In this document: positions 39,444 through 47,543 of the stretch, piece by piece | How positions within the stretch are numbered: the first letter of the stretch is position 1 | Layout of the letters: the number at the start of each line of letters is the position of its first letter | Source of the DNA: a virus | Strand: one strand, 5' to 3' | DNA length: 64,000 nt | Virus record (IMG/VR): IMGVR_UViG_3300020472_000012 | Coordinates: 32,001 to 96,000 of that record | Made by a program: the position numbers and the translations under genes | Notes under the pieces: model-generated | Told to the model about the DNA's origin: nothing | Seen by the model: the letters and a program-made list of their open reading frames with translations, nothing else | Databases searched by the model: none

Positions 39444-40164
39444 ATTTTTATTATCTTTTACATTATTATTTAGTACATCTGTGGTTATGGGTGCAGTATC
39501 CTCATCTGACAATGAAATCTCATTAGAGCAAACTGGTGATACACTAACATTAACCATTGACCAAATTGGTTATGGCAATAAGTTGTGTGGTACTTTAGGT
39601 TCTAATGTTTGTGCAAGTGATTGGACTATTGCTGGCACCACGCTGACGATTAACATCGACCAGATTGGTAACAGCAACAAAGTGATTGGTAACATCGACT
39701 TAGATACATCAGATATAGATTTAACATTTACTGGTGATACTAATAGTTGGACTTGGGATATAGGTGAAAGCGGAAGTTCAGATGACTCAGATTTGTTAGT
39801 TGACTTTACAGGTTCATCAAACACTGTTGATTTTAAACAGGGTTATAGTGCAGCTGCTGAAAGATTGGATTTCGATTTTGATGTTATTGGAGATTCTAAT
39901 GTATTCGATATTGATATTGATGCAGATGATATGACATGGGATGTAGATATTACTGGAGACAGTAATAATGTAGTAACTACAATTTCTGATGGTTCAGACC
40001 ATGAATTGAAGTTAGACCACACTGGAGATGGTGGAGACATTGATATAGTTATGTCTTCTGGAACATGTCCACAAGGAGTAAGTTCATGTTATTCAACCAT
40101 AGATTTGGATATTACAAGTGATAATGCAACGATTACAATTAATCAAAAAGATACTGGGGATTAA
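39427..40164 (+). CDS. Secreted curlin-like repeat protein
   Basis: Signal peptide; repeats IDQIGYGN, IDQIGNSN, FTGDTN, FTGSSN, VIGDSN, ITGDSN. Confidence 0.78.
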   Translation: MKMINKFLLSFTLLFSTSVVMGAVSSSDNEISLEQTGDTLTLTIDQIGYGNKLCGTLGSNVCASDWTIAGTTLTINIDQIGNSNKVIGNIDLDTSDIDLTFTGDTNSWTWDIGESGSSDDSDLLVDFTGSSNTVDFKQGYSAAAERLDFDFDVIGDSNVFDIDIDADDMTWDVDITGDSNNVVTTISDGSDHELKLDHTGDGGDIDIVMSSGTCPQGVSSCYSTIDLDITSDNATITINQKDTGD

Positions 40165-41266
40165 TCTCCTACTCTTTAGTTTAGTATCGTATGCTGACAG
40201 TATTGGGGACATTACTGAACATAAGGGTAGTGCGGGATTAACCAGACAATCTGGGGAGTCCTTACCTACCGATGTGGGGATTGACATTATGTCCTTAGAC
40301 CATATAGTTACTGCTAATGGTCGAATGAAAATCCAATTTGTAGATGACACAAAACTTTCATTGACAGAACAGTCTGAGGTTACAATAGACGAATACTATT
40401 TTGACCCAGACCCATCTAAGAGTAAGATGGCAATGAGTTTTGTATCTGGTACTGCAAGGTTTGCTACTGGTAAACTAGGACTTGTTCCTAGAGAGAATAT
40501 AATAATTCAAACACCAACTGCGACCATTGGTATTAGAGGCACCGATTTCACTACAAGCGTAGATGAACTGGGAAGAAGCCTTGTAATATTGCTACCAGAA
40601 ACAGAATGTACTATTGATGGAGATTGTTCTCCATCTGGTGAAATAACAGTTACGAATGATGGTGGGACTGTAACTCTATCCGAAGCATACCAAGCAACAA
40701 TGGTATCATCGTTTGACCAGAGTCCAGTTCAACCTGTAACTTTAGAAAATATAAATGTCAATATGATTGACAATATGTTCATCGTCTCACCACCAGAAAA
40801 GATTGTAGAAGCGGTTGAGGATGAACAAGGGGAAGCTGATAATACAGACCCAGCAAGTATATTGGATTTTACTGATTTAGATGTAAATGAGTTAGATGAA
40901 GATAAACTTAAAGAAGAAGATATGGAGTTCACAGAGCTCGATATGGATTTATTAAATGTTGACTTTCTTCAAGATTTATTAACTACGATTGAAGAAGTAG
41001 ATGTTTTAAAAAAGAGAACTGGTGCAGATGACACTGGTAATATTGTAGGAACAGTATTAGGTTTTGATAAAGATACTCAGTACAATACTATCATTGATAA
41101 GGGTGCTGGAACAATATGGTTTTATAGAGAAGTAAATGGAATCATATCAGTTAAAGTACCTATTAGTGCCAATTTAACATTGGAGTCAGAAAATGAAGGG
41201 AAGAGGAATCTTATTACTGTTAACGATGGTGAGTCTATCGTTATCATCATTCGTCAGGGCGGGTGA
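40124..41266 (+). CDS. Periplasmic FecR-domain protein
   Basis: Signal peptide, IQFVDDT.L.L.EQS, GTARF, TPTATIGIRGT. Confidence 0.88.
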   Translation: MQRLQLIKKILGINLLLFSLVSYADSIGDITEHKGSAGLTRQSGESLPTDVGIDIMSLDHIVTANGRMKIQFVDDTKLSLTEQSEVTIDEYYFDPDPSKSKMAMSFVSGTARFATGKLGLVPRENIIIQTPTATIGIRGTDFTTSVDELGRSLVILLPETECTIDGDCSPSGEITVTNDGGTVTLSEAYQATMVSSFDQSPVQPVTLENINVNMIDNMFIVSPPEKIVEAVEDEQGEADNTDPASILDFTDLDVNELDEDKLKEEDMEFTELDMDLLNVDFLQDLLTTIEEVDVLKKRTGADDTGNIVGTVLGFDKDTQYNTIIDKGAGTIWFYREVNGIISVKVPISANLTLESENEGKRNLITVNDGESIVIIIRQGG

Positions 41267-42002
41267 TGAACACAATCACATACATATAGACCAAGTACAA
41301 AGTGGAGATAACTTTGAACTAGGTATTGACCAAATTGGTTATGAGAACTTAATTAAGTTCTCTTTTAACCATGATGATAATACAGTAAACATACTACAAT
41401 CTGGAAACAACATGTATATTGGATATACAGATGCATGGGGTTCTGGTTATAGTTGGGGTGGAGATTTAGATGGATTGAGAAATGATGTTGATATTCGTCA
41501 AAAGTGTTCACTTACATCCTGTAATGAAACAGATTTTCAATTTCATATCTGGGGTGATGACAACGAAGTTGTCTTTGGTCAAGGATATGAAAACAATAAT
41601 AGTTTAACACCAAATTGGAATTACGATGGTAATGAGCCTGGTGGAAACTTTGTCAGACTAGACATACATGGTGATGATAACAAATTCAAAGGAAGTCAGA
41701 AACAAGATTCAAGTTCAGTTAGTCATACTGCAACAGTAAACATATATGCAGACAATAATGATGTATTTTTAAAGCAAATGCAAAATGGAAACAAAACTTT
41801 CACGATGACTATCTATAATGACTACAATGAAGTTGCAGTTACACAAAAAAACAATGGGGCTCATACTGCAACTATTACATTAAGAGGAACCCAACCAACA
41901 GATTTAAACTTATCACAATCTGGAAACACAACACAAACTTATTCATTAAACCAGAATTGTGTAACAGCAGGTGGATGTTCAGTCACAGTAAATCAGAACT
42001 AA
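41193..42002 (+). CDS. Second secreted curlin-like repeat protein
   Basis: Signal peptide; IDQIGYEN, LQSGNN, WGDDNE, HGDDNK, QNGNK, QSGN repeats; C-terminal CxxxxxC. Confidence 0.78.
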   Translation: MKGRGILLLLTMVSLSLSSFVRAGDEHNHIHIDQVQSGDNFELGIDQIGYENLIKFSFNHDDNTVNILQSGNNMYIGYTDAWGSGYSWGGDLDGLRNDVDIRQKCSLTSCNETDFQFHIWGDDNEVVFGQGYENNNSLTPNWNYDGNEPGGNFVRLDIHGDDNKFKGSQKQDSSSVSHTATVNIYADNNDVFLKQMQNGNKTFTMTIYNDYNEVAVTQKNNGAHTATITLRGTQPTDLNLSQSGNTTQTYSLNQNCVTAGGCSVTVNQN

Positions 42003-42016
42003 ACAATATATGAACA

Positions 42017-42226
42017 GTGAAAGACAAGACCGAAAAATATACGACCCTAGTAAGAATGCCGTACAAGGATGCTATTCGTATAATCCTACGCACAATTGAT
42101 TATCATAATCATATGATGGTAGTAGACAAAGACAATTATTACTTTCACGAAAAACAGATGAGACGATTAAAAGTATGGATGATAGATATGAAAGATTTCA
42201 TCCACGAAGAAGAAAATAATGGGTAA
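42017..42226 (+). CDS. Hypothetical protein
   Basis: GTG-start ORF overlapping cyclase start. Confidence 0.6.
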   Translation: MKDKTEKYTTLVRMPYKDAIRIILRTIDYHNHMMVVDKDNYYFHEKQMRRLKVWMIDMKDFIHEEENNG

Positions 42227-44114
42227 ATTTTTAACATCCACTTGGATGGTTGGATTAGTTCTAATTGGACTAATAGGGATAAGAACACTAGACCCAGAAC
42301 CAGTAGAAAGGATTAGGAACATTCAGTTCGATTCTTTCCTAACATCATACGAACCTACCATTTCAGATAACATTATCCTACTAGATGTAGGAGAAAACTC
42401 TCTAGAAGAATTTGGCCAATGGCCGTTTCCCAGACAACAGTTTGCCCAAATGATTTCTGATTTAAGGAATGCAAATGCTGGAATGATAGGTATGACTGTT
42501 ATGTTTCCAGAACCAGATAGGTTTGGTGGAGACCAAATACTTGCATCTTGGATAAATGGTAATGGAATAATATTAGGACAAACATCTTCACCTAAAGGTA
42601 GAAGTGATGTTGCACCATTTGTAGGAACTGCAACATTAGGTGAAGGTAGTGCATATGATTTTGCATATGAATACAAGGGTATTGTAACTAATCTACCAGA
42701 GTTTGAATCTGCATCTTGGGGTGTAGGTATGATGAACTCATCACCAGAAGTGGATGGTATTACCAGAAGAGTTCCATTAGTTACTCAAGTATCTGGTCAA
42801 CTATATCCAAGTTTCCCAATAGAAGTAGTTCGTGCAAATGCAGATAAGAAATCCTACACTATGAAAGTAGAAACTACAGGTATAGAGAACTTTAGAATAC
42901 CACCATACGAACCAATAGTAACAGATTATGCTGGAAGCATCTGGTTAGATTGGTCAAAAGATTTTATTCGATATGAATATGGGGAGACTCTTCCGAATCT
43001 TCAAGGGAAGACAGTGATTGTTGGGGTGACAGCAGAGGGCATTGTTCCCATTGTTTCGACTCCGAAGGGTTCAGTTTATCCACACGAAATTCAGGCTTCT
43101 GCGATTGAGACAATAATGGGTGGGGTTTCCATTTCTCGTCCAAATTGGGGTTCCCTTCTGGAAATAAGTTTAATTCTAATTGCTTCTCTGATGATGATGT
43201 TGTCTTTTGGTCGTCTTGGTTTCGCATTAACCACTCTCTTCTCTTTGACTGCTGTCTCTGGAGTTGTTTATTCCTCATTCTACTTCTGGAATTCATCGAT
43301 GTTCCTTATAGATTTTACATTTCCCATTATAACATTGATACTCATATTTAGTCAATTAAGTTTTAATAACTTCTATAAACAGTTTAAATTAAGACAACAA
43401 ATTAAAGGACAGTTTGGTACTTACCTATCACCAGATATGGTTGATATGTTAGTTAAAGACCCATCATTGATGAGACTAGGTGGTGATAGGAAAGAAATGA
43501 CCTTCTTGTTCGCAGATATTGTAGGGTTTACTCCAATAAGTGAAAAATATATGCAAAAAGATGACCCAGAAGGGCTGGTAGAACTTATAAATATGTTCTT
43601 AGATAGGTTAACTAAAATTATCCTTAAGAATGGCGGAACAGTCGATAAATATATGGGCGACTGTATAATGGCCTTCTGGAATGCTCCTTTACCATGTGAA
43701 AACCATGCAGAGATGGCAGTTAGGACTGCAATTGAGATGGAATTAGTATGTGAGGAGTTAAACCAAGAGTTACAAGAAAAAGGATTAGATTTACCACTAG
43801 TTAAAATAGGCACTGGAGTAAATACAGGGCCTTGTATAGTGGGGAATATGGGAAGTGAGTCTCGATTTGATTATTCTGTTGTTGGAGATGCTGTTAACTT
43901 GGGTGCAAGACTTGAAGTACAAACTAGAGAGTATGATACACCTATCCTACTATCTGAATATACTTATATGCAGACAGAAGGTATTTCATGCAAAGATTTG
44001 GGTGAAATAAAAGTTAAGGGTAAAGATGAACCTGTAACCATATATGCACCATTGTTTGATGCAAAAAGTGGTAATAGAAAAGAAATTAGGAAATTATATA
44101 AAGATGGCATATAG
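42219..44114 (+). CDS. CHASE2-domain class III adenylate cyclase
   Basis: GQWPFPR, DGITRRVP (CHASE2), 3 TM, FADIVGFT, DKYMGDC, DYSVVGDAVNLGARLE. Confidence 0.94.
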   Translation: MGKFLTSTWMVGLVLIGLIGIRTLDPEPVERIRNIQFDSFLTSYEPTISDNIILLDVGENSLEEFGQWPFPRQQFAQMISDLRNANAGMIGMTVMFPEPDRFGGDQILASWINGNGIILGQTSSPKGRSDVAPFVGTATLGEGSAYDFAYEYKGIVTNLPEFESASWGVGMMNSSPEVDGITRRVPLVTQVSGQLYPSFPIEVVRANADKKSYTMKVETTGIENFRIPPYEPIVTDYAGSIWLDWSKDFIRYEYGETLPNLQGKTVIVGVTAEGIVPIVSTPKGSVYPHEIQASAIETIMGGVSISRPNWGSLLEISLILIASLMMMLSFGRLGFALTTLFSLTAVSGVVYSSFYFWNSSMFLIDFTFPIITLILIFSQLSFNNFYKQFKLRQQIKGQFGTYLSPDMVDMLVKDPSLMRLGGDRKEMTFLFADIVGFTPISEKYMQKDDPEGLVELINMFLDRLTKIILKNGGTVDKYMGDCIMAFWNAPLPCENHAEMAVRTAIEMELVCEELNQELQEKGLDLPLVKIGTGVNTGPCIVGNMGSESRFDYSVVGDAVNLGARLEVQTREYDTPILLSEYTYMQTEGISCKDLGEIKVKGKDEPVTIYAPLFDAKSGNRKEIRKLYKDGI

Positions 44115-44535
44115 TAAAAAAGTAGTAGATAGATTCAATAATGTTTTAAACAATCCTCAAAAACATTCAGTTGGAAGGTTTGACCCAACAGACCCTAATG
44201 TTGCAACTGGAATGGTTGGTGCTCCAGCATGTGGAGATGTAATGAAACTAGACCTAAAACTAGATATTGATGGGTTAATAGAAGATGTCAAATTTAAAAC
44301 ATATGGGTGTGGAAGTGCAATTGCATCATCTAGTCTATTTGTTGATATGTTAATAGGTAAAACTATTGAACAGGCTAAACTCATTAAAGATAAAGAGATT
44401 GCAGAGATATTAGAATTGCCACCAATTAAACTACATTGTAGTGTACTTGCAGAGGACTGTATTAGACAAGCAGTGGAACACTGGGAAGAGAAGTCTGCAC
44501 ATAGAAAACACAATGAACTAGGTGGACATGCATAA
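44104..44535 (+). CDS. iscU: Fe-S scaffold IscU
   Basis: GAPACGD, KTYGCGSAIAS, LPPIKLHC; start MAYSKKV. Confidence 0.96.
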   Translation: MAYSKKVVDRFNNVLNNPQKHSVGRFDPTDPNVATGMVGAPACGDVMKLDLKLDIDGLIEDVKFKTYGCGSAIASSSLFVDMLIGKTIEQAKLIKDKEIAEILELPPIKLHCSVLAEDCIRQAVEHWEEKSAHRKHNELGGHA

Positions 44536-44614
44536 AATCCCAGTTTGGATGGTTGCTACACTAGTATATGGGATAGGTGGGGGATTGTTCTTCTTAATCC
44601 TATTTTATACTTGA
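44528..44614 (+). CDS. Hydrophobic micro-protein, 28 aa (not in ORF track)
   Basis: MHKIPVWMVATLVYGIGGGLFFLILFYT. Confidence 0.4.
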   Translation: MHKIPVWMVATLVYGIGGGLFFLILFYT

Positions 44615-44638
44615 CAAATAACAAATCCATGAGATAAT
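44611..44638 (+). promoter_or_regulatory. Sigma70-type promoter (16-bp spacer, extended -10), leaderless
   Basis: TTGACA-N16-GATAAT; ATG 6 nt downstream. Confidence 0.75.
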
Positions 44639-44644
44639 AGAAAT

Positions 44645-44782
44645 ATGGTAGTAAAAGTAGTAGATACTTTGAAACAGCACAGATTAAACTGTTTGAAAAT
44701 GGCAGAGAAAAGGGCAAAAAACCTAGAGTTTAAAAAACTTTGGAGTGATATGCACGAAAAACTGTCAAAGTCAAAATCTTAA
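44645..44782 (+). CDS. Small basic protein, 45 aa (not in ORF track)
   Basis: MVVKVVDTLKQHRL...AKNLEFKKLW. Confidence 0.6.
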   Translation: MVVKVVDTLKQHRLNCLKMAEKRAKNLEFKKLWSDMHEKLSKSKS

Positions 44783-44794
44783 TTTGTATATATA

Positions 44795-44891
44795 ATAATG
44801 TAGTGTCCGAAAGGAAACTATATTATATAAAGAGATGCCCATAATGGGGTCTCGTATTTAAACCTTGCTTATTAAAAGGAGGCCAAAAATG
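44795..44891 (+). promoter_or_regulatory. ROSE-like RNA thermometer in hsp20 5' UTR
   Basis: Three hairpins; the last pairs CCTTGCTT with AAGGAGG (UUGCU opposite SD). Confidence 0.7.
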
Positions 44892-45347
44892 GTTAAACTA
44901 AGCACGAATGATATATTCGACCAAATGTGGGGAAGATACTCTCCATTCACAATAGGAACAGATAGACTGTTCCATCAACTAGAGACACTTTCGTCTCAAC
45001 AACAACAAAGTTACCCACCTTACAACATCGTTAAGAAGGATGATGAGAACTTTGCTATTGAAATTGCAGTAGCAGGTTTTGGTGAGGAAGACCTAAAGGT
45101 AGAAAAAATCAAAAATGAACTAGTAGTTTCTGGAGAAATTAAAGGTTCTGATGATGAAACTATCCATAAAGGCATTGCAACTCGTAAGTTCAAAAGAACT
45201 TGGGTACTTGCAGACGATGTTGAAGTATCAAATCCTAGTGTCCGAAATGGAATACTATATATACCTATGGTAAAAGTAATACCAGAGGAAGACAAACCTC
45301 AAGTATTGGAGTTTGTAGATACTAAAGAATTTCTTTCAGAAAGTTAA
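44889..45347 (+). CDS. hsp20: Small heat shock protein (IbpA/Hsp20)
   Basis: YPPYNI, EIAVAGF, HKGIATRKF, NGIL. Confidence 0.96.
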   Translation: MVKLSTNDIFDQMWGRYSPFTIGTDRLFHQLETLSSQQQQSYPPYNIVKKDDENFAIEIAVAGFGEEDLKVEKIKNELVVSGEIKGSDDETIHKGIATRKFKRTWVLADDVEVSNPSVRNGILYIPMVKVIPEEDKPQVLEFVDTKEFLSES

Positions 45348-45356
45348 ATTCTTTAC

Positions 45357-45384
45357 TTGACAGATTGTACTTCTGTGGTATTAT
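45357..45384 (+). promoter_or_regulatory. Sigma70-type promoter (16-bp spacer, extended -10)
   Basis: TTGACA-N16-TATTAT; ATG of 13-codon uORF 6 nt downstream. Confidence 0.7.
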
Positions 45385-45428
45385 AGCTATATGAATAAAA
45401 TAATTATATTATCGCAGGAGTCCGATTC

Positions 45429-46013
45429 ATGAGTAATTCAGTAGTAAGAGGTCAAGTTCCCTATGACTTGTCTTTTGTTAATGTGGGAGACACATTAGAA
45501 AGCATAGGTTCAGCAACTGCATTTGGTGAAAGAAATGTAGTTTTATTTGGTTTGCCTGGAGCATTTACACCAACTTGTTCCACACAACAACTGCCAGGCT
45601 ATGAAGAGTTGTATGACCAGTTTAGTGAAGCTGGTGTTGATGAAATTTACTGTACATCTGTAAACGATGGTTTCACAATGAAAGCATGGTTCGATTCATT
45701 AGGAATTGAAAAAGTTAAAGCACTTTCAGATGGTAATGGTAAATTTGCAAGATTTATGGGTATGTTAGTATCCAAAGAGAACTTAGGTTTTGGTAACAGG
45801 TCATGGAGATATGCAGCTGTTATTAGAAATGGTGAAGTAGTAAAACTATTTGAGGAAGAAGGAATAAGAGATAACTATGAAGGTGACCCTTATGAAGCTT
45901 CCACACCACAAAATGTTCTTGAATATGTTCAAGAACATCCAATGACACCTATTCCAATAACAGAACATGATGTTGAGAAAGAAGGTGAAGCACCTACCCC
46001 AGCGGGTAGTTAA
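45429..46013 (+). CDS. Peroxiredoxin (Prx5/Redoxin)
   Basis: PGAFTPTCS, SVNDGF, RSWRYA. Confidence 0.94.
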   Translation: MSNSVVRGQVPYDLSFVNVGDTLESIGSATAFGERNVVLFGLPGAFTPTCSTQQLPGYEELYDQFSEAGVDEIYCTSVNDGFTMKAWFDSLGIEKVKALSDGNGKFARFMGMLVSKENLGFGNRSWRYAAVIRNGEVVKLFEEEGIRDNYEGDPYEASTPQNVLEYVQEHPMTPIPITEHDVEKEGEAPTPAGS

Positions 46014-46034
46014 TTATAAATCTATGGAGTTGTT

Positions 46035-46265
46035 ATGGATTTTTTGAGAAAGCTTTGGGATTCAATTGTAGAATTCTTTTTAGGCACTACTAGTGGCCAA
46101 TTAGATGTTCCAGTTGAAACACCAAAAGTTCAAAAAGTGTCTAAAGCAAAACTAGGTAAACTTACCAAAGCACAATTAAGTGAAAAAGGTAAAGAACTTG
46201 GTGTTGATGTAGACTCAAGACAGTTAAAGTCTAAAATCGTAAACGAAGTTTACAAAGCCCAATAA
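46035..46265 (+). CDS. Hypothetical protein, Rho-N/HeH-like C-terminus
   Basis: LTKAQL...G.ELGV.VD.R..K..IV. Confidence 0.65.
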   Translation: MDFLRKLWDSIVEFFLGTTSGQLDVPVETPKVQKVSKAKLGKLTKAQLSEKGKELGVDVDSRQLKSKIVNEVYKAQ

Positions 46266-46266
46266 C

Positions 46267-46572
46267 ATGATTGATTATAAACTTGTCGAAAACGCGAGTG
46301 GAGAACAAGGAATTCAAATATGTGAAGGGAAGTATACTGGGGTTGTCTACACTTATGGGGAAGTACAATTACTTCCAGTTAAGGAAGGTGAACAACCTCA
46401 GATAAACTTTACTAGAGCTGTTCGTGCATGTCCAGATGAACTCCGAGATAGTATTTCAGAGGATAAGGAATTCAACCAAATTATGGGTGATATCCTTGTA
46501 GAACTTTTAGAAGAAGAAGGCGAAAAGGCCGTGGAGTTATTGAAAGATGATAAAAAATCCGAACAAACTTAA
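46267..46572 (+). CDS. Conserved T4-like hypothetical protein
   Basis: GKYTGVVYTYGEV, IMGDILV. Confidence 0.7.
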   Translation: MIDYKLVENASGEQGIQICEGKYTGVVYTYGEVQLLPVKEGEQPQINFTRAVRACPDELRDSISEDKEFNQIMGDILVELLEEEGEKAVELLKDDKKSEQT

Positions 46573-46993
46573 AGAAGAGATTATAAGGGACGAAGGTGTC
46601 GTTTATGAGATTTACAATGACCATCTTGGTCTTGCCACATTTGGTATAGGACATTTGGTTAAAGATGGTGACCCAGAACAAGGTCAACCAGTGGGAACAG
46701 AGGTTTCCAAAGAACGAGTGGATGAAGTATGGGAACATGACTTTACAGAACATGTAGAGGAATGTGGAAAACTTTATCCAGATTTAGAACATTACCCAGA
46801 TGAAGTTCAAAGGGTTTTAGTCAATATGACATTTAATATGGGTATGACTAGACTCAGTAAGTTCAAGAACTTTAAATCTGCAATTGAAAGAAATGATTGG
46901 AAACAGGCAGCTGTTGAAGGTCGTGATTCAAGATGGTATAACCAAGTCACCAATCGAGCAGAAAGATTGATGACAATGCTAGAAGAAGTATGA
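46547..46993 (+). CDS. Lysozyme (GH24, T4 e-like)
   Basis: DEG...YNDHLG..TFGIGH, NMTFNMG, DSRWYNQVTNRAER. Confidence 0.93.
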   Translation: MIKNPNKLKEEIIRDEGVVYEIYNDHLGLATFGIGHLVKDGDPEQGQPVGTEVSKERVDEVWEHDFTEHVEECGKLYPDLEHYPDEVQRVLVNMTFNMGMTRLSKFKNFKSAIERNDWKQAAVEGRDSRWYNQVTNRAERLMTMLEEV

Positions 46994-47301
46994 TTAAATT
47001 ATTCCAATTAGTAACTGGAGAAACTATTATAGGTGAAGTGGATTCAAAAGATTTCTCTTCATCTGCACAATTCAATATCAATCAACCTTTGTTTGTATTC
47101 GCACAACCAGAGGAAGATGACCCAAAGAAGATTAGAATTCAATTGATGCCTTATGCACAATTGTCTGATAATCAATGTGTTAATATTAACTTTAAGAATG
47201 TAGTCTGGAGTTCAGACCCAGAGACAGGTTTAAAGAATCAATATCAAACAATAATGGGTAAGATAGTTACTCCACCAGAAACACAAAAGATTATCACATG
47301 A
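46990..47301 (+). CDS. Conserved hypothetical protein (Sm-like)
   Basis: LVTGETIIG; typical upstream of gp43. Confidence 0.7.
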   Translation: MIKLFQLVTGETIIGEVDSKDFSSSAQFNINQPLFVFAQPEEDDPKKIRIQLMPYAQLSDNQCVNINFKNVVWSSDPETGLKNQYQTIMGKIVTPPETQKIIT

Positions 47302-47513
47302 AAGAAGTAATTTTAAAAGCCCTTCGTCTCAAGTACGAAGGACAGATTGCCGAGGCAAAAGCAAATATAGATATTTACTTAACAAGTTCAGTGGGTATTG
47401 GAGAACATCCAGAAATTCTGGAAGCAATTGATACACAAGTAAATAAGATTGCAGAAGCAGAAGATAGACTTATGGTCTTGGATGGGCATTTCACTACACC
47501 AAAAATACCTTGA
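47298..47513 (+). CDS. Conserved hypothetical protein
   Basis: ANIDIYL..VGIGEHP. Confidence 0.75.
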   Translation: MKEVILKALRLKYEGQIAEAKANIDIYLTSSVGIGEHPEILEAIDTQVNKIAEAEDRLMVLDGHFTTPKIP

Positions 47514-47537
47514 CAAATATAAGTATCGTAGTATACT
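47510..47537 (+). promoter_or_regulatory. Sigma70-type promoter for DNA polymerase, leaderless
   Basis: TTGACA-N16-TATACT; ATG 6 nt downstream. Confidence 0.75.
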
Positions 47538-47543
47538 TAATAT

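Noticed and set aside
8908-42024. Identical 17-mer ATATGAACAGTGAAAGA at 8908 and 42008, both spanning GTG starts
   Set aside because: Only two copies; plausible by chance in 64 kb of AT-rich DNA
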